From NCBI GenBank assembly GCA_017613535.1, contig JAGADO010000042.1, forward strand, positions 1-50,479: 50,479 nt of DNA, written 5' to 3'. Source of the stretch: Clostridia bacterium (GTDB taxonomy: Bacteria; Bacillota; Clostridia; UBA1212; UBA1255). The position numbers and the translations under genes are program-made. Of this stretch, positions 18,076 to 28,011 are shown piece by piece. The notes beneath the pieces were generated by a model. The model had not been told where the DNA came from. It saw only the letters and a program-made list of their open reading frames with translations, and did no database searches. Numbering within the stretch: the first letter of the stretch is position 1; each line of letters begins with the position of its first letter.

Positions 18076-18982
18076 CTGCGCCTTCATATCTGGCATGATC
18101 TTTCAGGCAGGAAAGGCCGTGGGGAGCGCCTTCAACACTGACGAATTCGATCATTTCAGGATTCGCTTCGCATATCTTTTCACTCATTGAAAAAGGAACG
18201 AAATTATCGCCCGTACCGTGGATAAGCAGTATGGGCAGTTTCGTGTTTCTGACCGACTTTTCTGCAGAACTCGACAAAATCCTGAAATGGCCGAACAGGA
18301 ATGCGGAAACGGCAATGAGCGGCTTCACCGGCGCGGCAAACCAGAACATTCGCGAAGCTACCTCGGAAATGATACCGTACGGAGAAGAATACGGGCAGTC
18401 CGCAATTATACCGCGCACATTGTCCGCAAGGTCCAGATCCGAAGCCATAAGTACCGTTGCCGCCCCCATCGAAACACCTTCAATGAAAACCTTCGTATCG
18501 TTCCCGAAGCGTCCGATCACGTAATTGACCCAGCTTTTAACATCGTACCTCTCTTTCACCCCGAAGCAGATCGTATGTCCCTCCGACCTGCCGTGCGCGC
18601 GCTGATCTACGAGCAGCACGTTTCCGCCGGACGAGAGAGCCAGCTGAAGCCCTCCGCTGAAATCACGGATACCGTTTCCTCTGTAACCGTTGAACTGAAT
18701 ATGAAACGGAGCGCCTGGATCCTGCATATAGACCCTGCCGAACAGCGAAAGACCGTCGTACGACTTTATACGCACTTCCTCATACGGTATCTTCATGGCG
18801 CGATCAATAATATCGACCATCTCGTCGTGGTACGGGTCGTAGTCTTTACCTGTAAGTACCTCTCTCGAAATATCTTTGTCGTTTTTGTTGTAGAACGTGA
18901 AGAAATAGATCCACAGCGAAACTGCAAAAACGATGATCGCCAGGAATGCGAGCACGGCAAGTACGATGTATAAAGCGGTCAT
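18047..18982 (-). CDS. Membrane-anchored alpha/beta hydrolase (YqkD-like)
   Basis: N-terminal TM, DQRAHGRSEG, GVSMGAA, IHGTGDNFVP, GAPHG. Start at ATG 18982 after AGGAGG. Its 3' end overlaps the ATPase 3' end by 29 nt. Confidence 0.88.
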   Translation of the reverse strand: MTALYIVLAVLAFLAIIVFAVSLWIYFFTFYNKNDKDISREVLTGKDYDPYHDEMVDIIDRAMKIPYEEVRIKSYDGLSLFGRVYMQDPGAPFHIQFNGYRGNGIRDFSGGLQLALSSGGNVLLVDQRAHGRSEGHTICFGVKERYDVKSWVNYVIGRFGNDTKVFIEGVSMGAATVLMASDLDLADNVRGIIADCPYSSPYGIISEVASRMFWFAAPVKPLIAVSAFLFGHFRILSSSAEKSVRNTKLPILLIHGTGDNFVPFSMSEKICEANPEMIEFVSVEGAPHGLSCLKDHARYEGAVRDFWRRLS

Positions 18983-19039
18983 TTCGGTCCGGTACCTCCT
19001 TCGCTTTTGAGCGTTCAAACGTGTTTTACAGCGCTAAGG

Positions 19040-21043
19040 TCAATTCTTTTCAAAGAATATTATGTCGCACGATTCGGGCTCGGGGAGCCTGAAAGTATAT
19101 CCGTTTTTCAGCTTCGAGGCGCTGACAACGGCTTCGAACGTTCCGTCCGCGTTTCTGAGCGTGTATTTTCCGCTGCCAAGCCCGCATAGTCTGAGCGTCA
19201 TTTCCGACGTTTCCGATTCAGGCCCTCTGAATATCTGGATCGCACCGCTCTTCGTGGCGGGATCGTAATACTCCCACGCTCTCCACGCATCGGGAGACTT
19301 GCTGAATTCGGTCAGCGGGTAAAAGTCGGAATAGTAATATCTGGACAGTTCGCGCCATTCGGTCTCGGCCTGCTTTGCGAGCGCCCAGTTCGAATTATCG
19401 TCGTTGTAATTCACGCTGAGAATGAACCAGGGAGCCATTGACGACCTGTAATTGTAAATAGTTGCGGGAGCCGTCGAGTGAACTTCAAGCTTGAAATACG
19501 GTATCCAGCGCGAGAATTCAAGCATGCACGTCTGGCGCTCGTTGAAACCGTCGTCATTGCCGTCCCAGAAATCGCTTATGTGAAGCGGCACGCTTCTGCG
19601 CATCGTCTCGATATCGTTCCTGCCTCCTCCCGAAGCGCATGAATCGATCATCATAGAAGGATAGCGTTCGAGCAGCGAATCCCACATTTTGAGATAACCC
19701 TGAACGTACAGATTTTCGCGGTATCCGTCTTTAAACAGATCATCGGCGCCGCTCCAGACGGGGCCGGGATTTACGTTGAAATCCGAGCGGAACATATCGA
19801 TATTTCCGTCGTCAATAACTTTATATATCCTGTTCAGCAGCCACTCGAGGCATTCCGGATTACCGAGGTCGAACAGCTGTCCTTCCAGCCAAGATCCTGC
19901 CGCTGCGGTTCCCAGGAACCACTCTTTTTTAAACCCGGGCATATTCTCGATGAAGTCTTCTTTATTGCAGCGCATCACTTCCGCTTCGAACCAGAGCATC
20001 ACTTTACCGCCGTTGCCGTGCATCAGTTCGGATACTTCCGCGAACCTGTCCGGGAAGCGCCTCGTATCTACTTCGAGCGTGCCTGTCTCGGGCCACGAGC
20101 AGGATTCGCCCTTAGCATTCGTGTACCAGCCCGCGTCGATCCAGAGGTAGTCCAGATGGAGTCCGTTTGCGGTATAAGTGTTAATGAGTTTTTTGAACTG
20201 AGCAGTTGTCATTCCGGATGCGCCTGACGAAGCGCAGAATACGGGTTCGAACCTCTCCCCGTCCGGGTGGTACATATTGCAGTCCATAAACCAGTGGCGC
20301 CAGAGGTTCATGTTTTTATTCTCGTCGCGGCCGCTGTAATTGACCATAACGATGAGCGGCGTGCGTATGCGGTCTCCCGGGTCAAGGTACATGTCTACCC
20401 TGTTCTGCCCTGCTGTTACGCGCGTCGTGTCGCTGCCTCCCTTGAACGTTGCCTTCCAGCTTCCGGGCCAGCCGACGGCAATAAACGTGCCTCCGTTTCC
20501 GTATTCGAGGTTGAAGTACGGGAAGTCGCCGTGAGTCGGCCTGCCCGAATCAGTGCCCTTTATAACGGTATTTCCGGCCATCTTATATGCGTACGGAGCG
20601 TACATATCTCCGAGGTCGCCGTTCATGCCCTTTAGGATCTGGTTCCGGCCCTTCGCCTCCCAGTCGAGCGCCATCAGGTCGGAGAAATTATCCGTGACGG
20701 CCGTGCCGGTGTTTTCGAGCCAGATCGTCCATTCACATGCATCGTAGGCAGAGTACTCTTTTCCCTCCACCGTGAACAGGACGCCGCTCTTTTTATGCAG
20801 GAAAGAAGCTTTTATGTTTTTACCGTCAGCCGCGTCAGAAGTCTCGTATGAGACCTTTTCGAAACCGTCTCCGAAGCCTTTCGAAGCCTTTCCGTCGTAT
20901 TTGAAAGAGAACGGAAAAGATGCGGGATCTTCGAGCATTTTTGCGAGAGAAGGCCTGTTTTTATTCGAGCAGCTTGTAAGAGCAGGTATCATTGCAAGGA
21001 TCGCAAGGGCAAAAACAGGTACGATCAGCTTCCATTTTTTCAT
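19040..21043 (-). CDS. GH36-like alpha-galactosidase, lipoprotein
   Basis: WIDAGW, RSDFN (nucleophile Asp), IDSCASGGGRND, HISD (acid/base); lipobox ALTSC. Confidence 0.85.
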   Translation of the reverse strand: MKKWKLIVPVFALAILAMIPALTSCSNKNRPSLAKMLEDPASFPFSFKYDGKASKGFGDGFEKVSYETSDAADGKNIKASFLHKKSGVLFTVEGKEYSAYDACEWTIWLENTGTAVTDNFSDLMALDWEAKGRNQILKGMNGDLGDMYAPYAYKMAGNTVIKGTDSGRPTHGDFPYFNLEYGNGGTFIAVGWPGSWKATFKGGSDTTRVTAGQNRVDMYLDPGDRIRTPLIVMVNYSGRDENKNMNLWRHWFMDCNMYHPDGERFEPVFCASSGASGMTTAQFKKLINTYTANGLHLDYLWIDAGWYTNAKGESCSWPETGTLEVDTRRFPDRFAEVSELMHGNGGKVMLWFEAEVMRCNKEDFIENMPGFKKEWFLGTAAAGSWLEGQLFDLGNPECLEWLLNRIYKVIDDGNIDMFRSDFNVNPGPVWSGADDLFKDGYRENLYVQGYLKMWDSLLERYPSMMIDSCASGGGRNDIETMRRSVPLHISDFWDGNDDGFNERQTCMLEFSRWIPYFKLEVHSTAPATIYNYRSSMAPWFILSVNYNDDNSNWALAKQAETEWRELSRYYYSDFYPLTEFSKSPDAWRAWEYYDPATKSGAIQIFRGPESETSEMTLRLCGLGSGKYTLRNADGTFEAVVSASKLKNGYTFRLPEPESCDIIFFEKN

Positions 21044-22446
21044 GTCGCTACCTCCGCGCCGGTCCCGTGGGCAATATTATCCCCTTTCCCGGCATTTTTT
21101 TGTATTTTTTTATATACCACATTGAACGCGGTCATCTGGGCAATAAACGATACGACCCACGTTATTATATACGATGAGTAAAGAATTTCCAACGTGTGGA
21201 ATTCCGATATCGAGAAGACGGTATATATCCATACGATCCTAAGCACGCATACTCCGAGCACGGTTATGACCATCGGAACAAACGACGAGCCCATCCCGCG
21301 GAGCGCTCCTGTCGTGACGTCCATAAGCCCGCAAAGGAAGTACGGCAGGCAGATGAACGACAGGCGCGTAAGGCCGTATTTTATTGCTTCTTCGGAGTCA
21401 ACGATATATATCGACAGGAGCGGACGGCCGAGCAGGTATCCGGTCACGCCGAGCGTCAATCCGAATGCGGTCACGCAGCCGAGGCAGCAAAGCAGTATCT
21501 TTCGAACACGCCAGTTCTTGCCCGCGCCGATATTCTGACCGGCGAAGTTCAGCGCCGTCTGGTGGAAGGCGTTCATCGAAACGTAAACGAAGCCCTCGAT
21601 ATTTGCCGCGGAAGAATTGCCCGAAGAAACAGCGACAGAGTCAAAAGAATTGACCGAAGACTGGATTATGACGTTAGATATGTTGAACATCACGCTCTGG
21701 AAGCCGGCGGGCAGACCGATCTTCATTATGTTCAGGAGCGAGTCTTTGTAGATGCGCAGATCTTTTATGCGGAACCTGGCACGGTCGTCGCGCCTAGAGA
21801 GCGAAATAAGCACGAGAGAAGCGGCAATAGTCTGCGAAATGACCGTTGCCCACGCCACGCCGTCGACATCCATTCCGAACAGCAGCACGAACATCAGATT
21901 AAGCCCCACGTTCACGATACCGGCGATCGTCAGGAACATCAGCGGTCCTCTCGTGTCGCCCAGCGCTCTTAAAATAGCCGCGCCGTAATTATATACCATC
22001 GACGATATGATCCCGGCAAAATAGATCCGCATATATTTGGCTGACAGCGGCAGCACCTCGTACGGAGTGTCCATCATCTCGAGAAACTCTTCCGCGAGAG
22101 GTATCCCGATCGCCGTGAGTATCACGCCGCTGATAAGTGCGGTAAGTATCGCGGTATGCACGGCCCTGTGCATGCCTTCCCCGTCATCTGCGCCTTTTGC
22201 TTGAGCGACAGTAACGCCTGCCCCTACGGACAATCCTATGAACATATTGATTATCAGATTTATCAGCGCTCCGGTGCTTCCGACGGCGGCGACGCAAACG
22301 CTGCCCCTGAATCTTCCGACAACGACGAGATCCGCAGCGTTGAAAAGGAGCTGCAGTATTCCCGTAAATATGATCGGAAGCGTATACAGGATCACGTTCT
22401 TTAAGAGCGGACCCTCCGTCATATTGATGTCGGAGCGCTTTAACAT
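21040..22446 (-). CDS. MATE family efflux transporter
   Basis: MTEG...LQLLFNAADLVVVG, AILRALGDTRGP, NVGLNL, GVAWATVISQ; about 12 TM segments. Confidence 0.93.
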   Translation of the reverse strand: MLKRSDINMTEGPLLKNVILYTLPIIFTGILQLLFNAADLVVVGRFRGSVCVAAVGSTGALINLIINMFIGLSVGAGVTVAQAKGADDGEGMHRAVHTAILTALISGVILTAIGIPLAEEFLEMMDTPYEVLPLSAKYMRIYFAGIISSMVYNYGAAILRALGDTRGPLMFLTIAGIVNVGLNLMFVLLFGMDVDGVAWATVISQTIAASLVLISLSRRDDRARFRIKDLRIYKDSLLNIMKIGLPAGFQSVMFNISNVIIQSSVNSFDSVAVSSGNSSAANIEGFVYVSMNAFHQTALNFAGQNIGAGKNWRVRKILLCCLGCVTAFGLTLGVTGYLLGRPLLSIYIVDSEEAIKYGLTRLSFICLPYFLCGLMDVTTGALRGMGSSFVPMVITVLGVCVLRIVWIYTVFSISEFHTLEILYSSYIITWVVSFIAQMTAFNVVYKKIQKNAGKGDNIAHGTGAEVAT

Positions 22447-22456
22447 CAGATGCCTC

Positions 22457-24046
22457 TCATTGATCCGCTTTTAAAATAAACGCCGGCAGCGGAAGGCCGA
22501 ATGAATTCACAATATTTGCGTTTTCGGGATATCCCGGATGCGTGAAGGCGTAGCTCACGTAAGAGATCTTCAGGTCCTTCGCAGCTTCTCCGATGCTGAC
22601 GAACACAGTGTCTGGAGCTACTATCTCTGCTTTCACGCTATGCTGTTCCTCCTCGCCTTCGGGGACGAAACCGAATCCGGCAGGCTCGTCTCCCAGGCGC
22701 GTTTTGAGGCCTTCCCCGATGTTTTTAAATATGATTTCGTACCCGCCTTCGGTCTCCGTTAACAGTACTGGCGCGGGCGATTCGTATTCGGCCGGATCTG
22801 GCATTTTTCTGTCACCGCCGTACTCGTGAGCGTAGACCTGCATTGCCAGCCTGCGTCCGAGCTCGGCCTTGTGCGGAGAGTGCGCAAAATCAGAGTCGGA
22901 CGGGAGCGAACCGAGATCCATTGCCACAGCGATATAACTTCTGCGGATCTCTGAAACAGCGTCGAACTGCCTTGCGCGGACAATATGGAGGAACGGGAAA
23001 TATTGCCTGCCTTCGTCTCTGTACGAGCTCAGCTGCACGTTGTAGAACGGAAAATCGACCCCGAAAGTCGTGCGCTCGTCTTCAACGAACGCCGCCAGAT
23101 CCGAATCGTACGACCATGCCATCTCTTTCCAGATGCCTTCGCTCTCGCCCTGGAAGAACAGCTGTCCGCGGAACGGGAACGACGCAAACGGGCTGATCAG
23201 AGTGTTGTAATAACCTCCGACAGGCATATTAGCCCCGACCGTGTACCCGCGCTCGACCGAAAGGTCATAAGGCATCAGTTCGCGAATGCACGCTCCTCCT
23301 GCGCAGATCATTACCAGGCCGAGTGGAACATCGGTGTACCGGGTCAATTCTTTTGCGAAATAGTATCCCATCGCCGAAAACCCGAGCGATGCGCTGCGGC
23401 CGGGCCTTTTCCAGCTCCACGTCGGGACAATGATGTCGCGGCTCGGTTTTGCGCAGTTTTCCCTGAATTCAAACGCAGCTGCCTGGCTTTGATGGAACAG
23501 ACGGAAATTATCTTCTTCAGACATTTCGCCGAGAAGTTCCGGCGTATAGTTTATGCAGCTTTCAAGGTGGTATTCGGCATTCGACTGTCCGCCTATCATC
23601 CAGATGTCGCCGACGAGAATATCGCTGAAAATGTAGCTTCCGTACGAAGAACTGATGATCATCACCGAAGGCTCGCGTTCGGCCTCTCTGGGGCTGAATT
23701 CGAGCCTGAAACAGCCGTTATACCCCACCTCGGTCTCAGCGGTCTCCTTATATCTTCCGTACCATACGCCTTTGACTCTAAGACCTGCATGGCGCGAAAA
23801 GCCGAACACCGCACACGGGACTCTCCTCTGAAGCACCATATGAGACGAGAAGCAGCCGCTCACTTTGAAATCAGGGAGCGACTCTATGTCGAATAAAGGC
23901 TCCCGGGCCCATTCCGAATACTCCGGGCCTATGGCACCTTCCGCATCCGGAAGCGCCGGCGCGGCAATGTTATCATCGTGGTTTTCATTCGGGTTTTCAT
24001 TCGGGTTTTCATTCAGGTTTTCGTGTTTTCCGTTCGGTTCGTTCAT
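22457..24046 (-). CDS. Sialate O-acetylesterase (SASA/SGNH) family protein
   Basis: SSHMVLQR, DILVGDIWMIGGQSN, FFQGESE, FYNVQL, D-x-x-H in DFAHSPHK, NSFGLPLPAF. Confidence 0.88.
   Translation of the reverse strand: MNEPNGKHENLNENPNENPNENHDDNIAAPALPDAEGAIGPEYSEWAREPLFDIESLPDFKVSGCFSSHMVLQRRVPCAVFGFSRHAGLRVKGVWYGRYKETAETEVGYNGCFRLEFSPREAEREPSVMIISSSYGSYIFSDILVGDIWMIGGQSNAEYHLESCINYTPELLGEMSEEDNFRLFHQSQAAAFEFRENCAKPSRDIIVPTWSWKRPGRSASLGFSAMGYYFAKELTRYTDVPLGLVMICAGGACIRELMPYDLSVERGYTVGANMPVGGYYNTLISPFASFPFRGQLFFQGESEGIWKEMAWSYDSDLAAFVEDERTTFGVDFPFYNVQLSSYRDEGRQYFPFLHIVRARQFDAVSEIRRSYIAVAMDLGSLPSDSDFAHSPHKAELGRRLAMQVYAHEYGGDRKMPDPAEYESPAPVLLTETEGGYEIIFKNIGEGLKTRLGDEPAGFGFVPEGEEEQHSVKAEIVAPDTVFVSIGEAAKDLKISYVSYAFTHPGYPENANIVNSFGLPLPAFILKADQ
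23980..24022 (-). repeat. In-frame 12-bp tandem repeat (about 3.5 copies) encoding (N-E-N-P)n at the esterase N-terminus
   Basis: GGTTTTCATTC(G/A) repeated with period 12. Confidence 0.85.
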
Positions 24047-24059
24047 AATGATTTTCCCC

Positions 24060-24088
24060 TTGAATTTTATGATCGTATATGGTAGAAT
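24060..24088 (+). promoter_or_regulatory. sigmaA promoter of the tRNA
   Basis: TTGAAT-N17-TAGAAT with extended -10 TG, 11 nt upstream of the tRNA. Confidence 0.65.
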
Positions 24089-24099
24089 GCCTTTTGCAC

Positions 24100-24173
24100 G
24101 GGGACGTAGCTCAGTTGGTCAGAGCGTTCGGTTCACATCCGAGAGGTCATGGGTTCGAGCCCCCTCGCCCCCA
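24100..24173 (+). tRNA. tRNA-Val (anticodon CAC), CCA not encoded
   Basis: Cloverleaf: GGGGACG/CGCCCCC acceptor, GCTC/GAGC D-stem, TTCGG-TTCACAT-CCGAG anticodon arm, GGTTCGAGC T-loop region, discriminator A. Confidence 0.9.
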
Positions 24174-24176
24174 CTC

Positions 24177-24206
24177 AAACCGGTTACCGACCGGTTTATT
24201 TTTTTT
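24177..24206 (+). terminator. Intrinsic terminator after the tRNA
   Basis: AAACCGGT-TACCG-ACCGGTTT followed by a T-run. Confidence 0.75.
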
Positions 24207-24227
24207 AAATCCTGCGTTCCCGGAAGA

Positions 24228-24830
24228 TCATGACGGATACGCGTACTCCCCGAAGAAACTGATCAGCTCCAGTTCCGCGATCTCCGCGATATTCGTTCCT
24301 TCACCTGCGGCAAAACCGCTTATTACTATCTTTACGTACCTCGCGTCTGCGGGCGGAAATTCGAGGACCGGCACGCAGTCGGGCGCGTCAATATTATCGT
24401 ATTTTATTACTTTCGTATAGTCTTTTCCGTTGACGGAGCAGAGTACTTCAAAACATCTCGGGAACAGCCTGCCTGTATACGTCCCGTCCGAGGCCGGATA
24501 AGCGTCAAGCCTGCATACGCGGTAAACCGCTCCGAGGTCGGCAATGATCTCTCCCGTACTTCCCGCGCACTTAAGACGGCACGGAGAACTACGGTCTCCG
24601 TCGCTCAGCGCGGCAGTTTCCGCCCCCTCCGGCGACAATCCTTTAAGCGAAAAAGAGGCCCGCGGGGATATATTCCCCTCGAAAGCCTCTGTAGGCTGCG
24701 CAGGAGGCGCTGTACGGCCGTCACAGCCGGTGAAGCATAAGAGAGCAGTCAGGATCAGAAATGCCGTTAAAAGGCATTTAAACGCTGTTTTTACCGATCC
24801 GTCCGTATGCATTCTCATGCCGCTTTTCAC
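24228..24830 (-). CDS. Lipoprotein with F5/8 type C (discoidin/CBM32-like) domain
   Basis: Lipobox CFTGC; LSDGDR, IIADLGAVYRV, FPRCFEVLCSVNGKDY, ARYVKI, IAELE. Start codon uncertain. Confidence 0.75.
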   Translation of the reverse strand: MKSGMRMHTDGSVKTAFKCLLTAFLILTALLCFTGCDGRTAPPAQPTEAFEGNISPRASFSLKGLSPEGAETAALSDGDRSSPCRLKCAGSTGEIIADLGAVYRVCRLDAYPASDGTYTGRLFPRCFEVLCSVNGKDYTKVIKYDNIDAPDCVPVLEFPPADARYVKIVISGFAAGEGTNIAEIAELELISFFGEYAYPS

Positions 24831-24837
24831 CCTCCGG

Positions 24838-27516
24838 TCAAGTTTCGTTTTCGGCGCGTTTTTTAGCGATCCTTCTCTGGAATGCTTTTACGATCTCTAC
24901 TGCCGGGATCATCAGGAACGCAAGTCCGAGAGCGACCGAATATTCTGCGAAGCTGATTGAAGTGAAACCGAACGCGTTTCTGAGGAACGGCACGTAGATA
25001 ACGGCGGTCGTCAGCAGGAGCGAACCGACCGTAGAATAAATCAGGAATCTGTTGTGATTTCCCTTGAGCGCCATTCCGATGATCGATTTGCGCTGAGAGC
25101 GCATATTAAGCGAATGGAATATCTCCGCCATTGACATCGTCAGGAACGCCATCGTGATACCGTCGTCGCTCTGAAGGCTTGTCCACGTTCCGCCTTCCAT
25201 AAGGTGACCTACAAAGTACGCCGTAACGACGAGAAGCGTTACGAGCAGTCCCTGGTAGATGCAGTCTCCTCCGACTCCGCCTGCGAATATTCCGTCGCGG
25301 CTGCGGCGCGGAGGCCTTCTCATTATATCCTCCTCTGCCTTTTCGGTACTGAGGGCAAGCGCAGGGAAACAGTCGGTAACGAGGTTTATCCAGAGCAGAT
25401 GCACAGGTCTCAGGATCGTAAATCCGAAAAGGTTGGCAATAAATATCGCCGCGACTTCGCTTAAGTTCGAGCTGAGCAGGAACTGTATCGCCTTTCTGAT
25501 GTTATCGTATATCCTGCGTCCTTCTGCGACAGCGGTAACGATGGTAGCAAAGTTATCGTCCGCGAGCACCATATCGGCGACATTTTTAGTTACGTCCGTG
25601 CCCGTGATCCCCATTCCTACGCCTATATCAGCCGATTTGATCGAAGGAGCGTCGTTAACTCCGTCTCCGGTCATAGCGGTGATCATGCCGCGCTTTCTCC
25701 ATGCATTAACGATCCGCACTTTATGCTCGGGCTGCACTCTGGCGTAAACGCTGTACATACCAACTTTCTTTTCAAACTCTTCATCCGATATCTCGGAAAG
25801 CTGAGCACCCGTTATAGCACCGCGCTCATCGTGAAGTATTCCGAGTTCTTTAGCGATCGCAACAGCCGTGTCGAGGTGGTCGCCCGTGATCATTATCGGT
25901 CTTATTCCGGCGTTGTGGCACTCTTCTATGGATGCCTTCACCTCCGGCCTTACCGGGTCGATCATGCCTACGAGGCCGCAGAAGCACATATCTTTTTCGA
26001 CGATGTCCGAATCCTCTTTCTTGGGCATGCATTCCCACTCGCGCGTCGCAGCGGCAAGCACTCTGAGAGCTCTTTCAGCAAATGCGTGGTTCTGTTCGAG
26101 GATCTTTGCGCGCATCTCTTCATCCAGAGGCTGAACGGATCCGTCCTCCGCGAAGTAATACGAGCAGCGCTTGAGCAGTTCGTCCGGAGCGCCCTTGGTG
26201 CACTGAATGATCTTATCACCCTTCTTATGAAGCGTCGTCATCATCTTGCGCATCGAATCGAAAGGCACTTCTCCCACGCGCGGCTCTTCTTTTTCGATCT
26301 CGTATTTTTTAAGCCCCAGCCTGTTCGCGAAATCCACCAGAGCGTTTTCGGTAGGTTCTCCCTGTATGTTACCGTCCTCTTCGAGCACGCTGTCGCAGCA
26401 AAGTGCGAATATGACGGACAATTTTTCAGGCGCGATCCCCCAGCTGTCTACGACGGTCATCTTATTCTGCGTAAGCGTTCCGGTCTTATCGCTGCAGATG
26501 ATCTGAGCGCAGCCGAGCGTTTCGACGGCGGTCAATTTACGAATGATCGCGTTCTTCTTGGACATGTTCGTGACGCCGATCGACAGCGCGATCGTAACGA
26601 CTGCGACAAGTCCTTCTGGTATGGCCGCAACCGCAAGGCTGACCGCAAGCATGAACGTGTTAAGGAAGAACTTAAGATCGTGCTCCTGGCCGGTTATGAA
26701 CTGTCTTACTACGCCGAACAGGAATATAAATATACAGATTCCGATAACGAGTTTACTGAGTATTCCGCTAAGCTGGGCGAGCTTCTGCTGGAGGGGCGTT
26801 TTCGAATCTTTCGCGTCCTGAATGGCTGTGGCGATCTTTCCCATCTCGGTATCCATGCCGGTGTCCGTAACCACCATACTGCCTCTGCCGTACACGGCGA
26901 CGGAGCCCATATATGCCATATTATGTCTGTCTGCGAGTGGAATATCCGAAGCATCGCCGCGAAGCACCATAGCATCGGCATATTTATCTACCGGTACCGA
27001 TTCGCCCGTGAGCGAAGCTTCTTCTATTTTAAGACTGGCGCTTTCAAGTATTCTTCCGTCAGCAGGCACGGCGTCTCCCGCTTCGAGTATCACGACGTCT
27101 CCGGCGACAAGGTCTTCCGAGGGAATATGTACTACCCTTCCGTCGCGCTTCACCTTCGACGTGGCCGCGGACATTTTCTGCAGCGCTTCTATCGCTTTTT
27201 CCGCCTTGCTCTCCTGGACAACTCCAAGAACCGCATTGATTATTACGACTACGAGTATGATTATGACGTCGACCGGGAATTCATGCTCGAGTATAGATGT
27301 GACTGCAGATATGGCCGCGGCAACAATCAGTATTATGATCATCGGGTCTGCCATCTGTTTGAGCAGCCTTTTTATTACCGAATCTTTTTCCGGTTCTTTT
27401 AACTTATTCTTACCGTTCTTCAACAGTCTGGCTTCTGCCTCCGCACTGCTCAGTCCCGCGCGTCCGGTATCAAATTCTTTAAGGACTTTCTCGGATTCTT
27501 CCAGATAATATCTCAA
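24838..27516 (-). CDS. Calcium-translocating P-type ATPase (type IIA/B)
   Basis: LTGES, AAIPEGL, CSDKTGTLT, KGAPD, MITGD, TGDGVNDAP, LLWINLVTD; TTG start after AAAGGA. Confidence 0.95.
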   Translation of the reverse strand: MRYYLEESEKVLKEFDTGRAGLSSAEAEARLLKNGKNKLKEPEKDSVIKRLLKQMADPMIIILIVAAAISAVTSILEHEFPVDVIIILVVVIINAVLGVVQESKAEKAIEALQKMSAATSKVKRDGRVVHIPSEDLVAGDVVILEAGDAVPADGRILESASLKIEEASLTGESVPVDKYADAMVLRGDASDIPLADRHNMAYMGSVAVYGRGSMVVTDTGMDTEMGKIATAIQDAKDSKTPLQQKLAQLSGILSKLVIGICIFIFLFGVVRQFITGQEHDLKFFLNTFMLAVSLAVAAIPEGLVAVVTIALSIGVTNMSKKNAIIRKLTAVETLGCAQIICSDKTGTLTQNKMTVVDSWGIAPEKLSVIFALCCDSVLEEDGNIQGEPTENALVDFANRLGLKKYEIEKEEPRVGEVPFDSMRKMMTTLHKKGDKIIQCTKGAPDELLKRCSYYFAEDGSVQPLDEEMRAKILEQNHAFAERALRVLAAATREWECMPKKEDSDIVEKDMCFCGLVGMIDPVRPEVKASIEECHNAGIRPIMITGDHLDTAVAIAKELGILHDERGAITGAQLSEISDEEFEKKVGMYSVYARVQPEHKVRIVNAWRKRGMITAMTGDGVNDAPSIKSADIGVGMGITGTDVTKNVADMVLADDNFATIVTAVAEGRRIYDNIRKAIQFLLSSNLSEVAAIFIANLFGFTILRPVHLLWINLVTDCFPALALSTEKAEEDIMRRPPRRSRDGIFAGGVGGDCIYQGLLVTLLVVTAYFVGHLMEGGTWTSLQSDDGITMAFLTMSMAEIFHSLNMRSQRKSIIGMALKGNHNRFLIYSTVGSLLLTTAVIYVPFLRNAFGFTSISFAEYSVALGLAFLMIPAVEIVKAFQRRIAKKRAENET

Positions 27517-27567
27517 CGTGATCGATCCTTTCGTTTAACGCACTGCGTTTTTTGCGCTTACTGCCGT

Positions 27568-27596
27568 ATTCTATCACTTCCGGCGGAATTAAACAA
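27568..27596 (-). promoter_or_regulatory. Putative sigmaA promoter for the Ca-ATPase
   Basis: TTGTTT-N17-TAGAAT with extended -10 TG. Confidence 0.5.
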
Positions 27597-27829
27597 GCTG
27601 ATTTTTGCTTTTTTTGATGTTTCAGGGCGGTTTTTGGAAAGTCAAAGGGGATGTCGGGCGCATTTGAGGCTCGGATTTATGCGTTTTTTAACGTTTTAAA
27701 GGCCGTGCGCGGCAATTTCTGCGCAATTGTGCAGTTTTACGGGCGCGTTTTCTCTGCTTTTTGCGTGTGGATAAGCCTTTTTATGCGCTAAAACCGCCGT
27801 ACGTCTTCATATAATTGGTTGCAGGCATC

Positions 27830-27858
27830 AAAAAACGGCCACTTCAGGGCCGTTTTTT
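27830..27858. terminator. Bidirectional-type intrinsic terminator
   Basis: AAAAAACGGCC-ACTTCAG-GGCCGTTTTTT, about 150 nt downstream of the 28012 gene. Confidence 0.7.
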
Positions 27859-28011
27859 AACTGTTTTGCCTTCACAGCTGAGCAGAATTAGACTGCGGTT
27901 TGCAGCTATTGCTCCGGGTGATATAATTCCGGCATTAATACGCGCCGAAATCAAAAAAGCCGGAATTGGACAGTGTGTCCGGTATGATCCGGGCCTCATC
28001 CGGCCGTCAGA

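Noticed and set aside
27517-27600. yybP-ykoY riboswitch ahead of the P-type ATPase
   Set aside because: The candidate promoter leaves only about 45 nt of leader and no riboswitch consensus is visible.
27766-27774. Replication origin
   Set aside because: Single DnaA box, no cluster, no dnaA/dnaN nearby.
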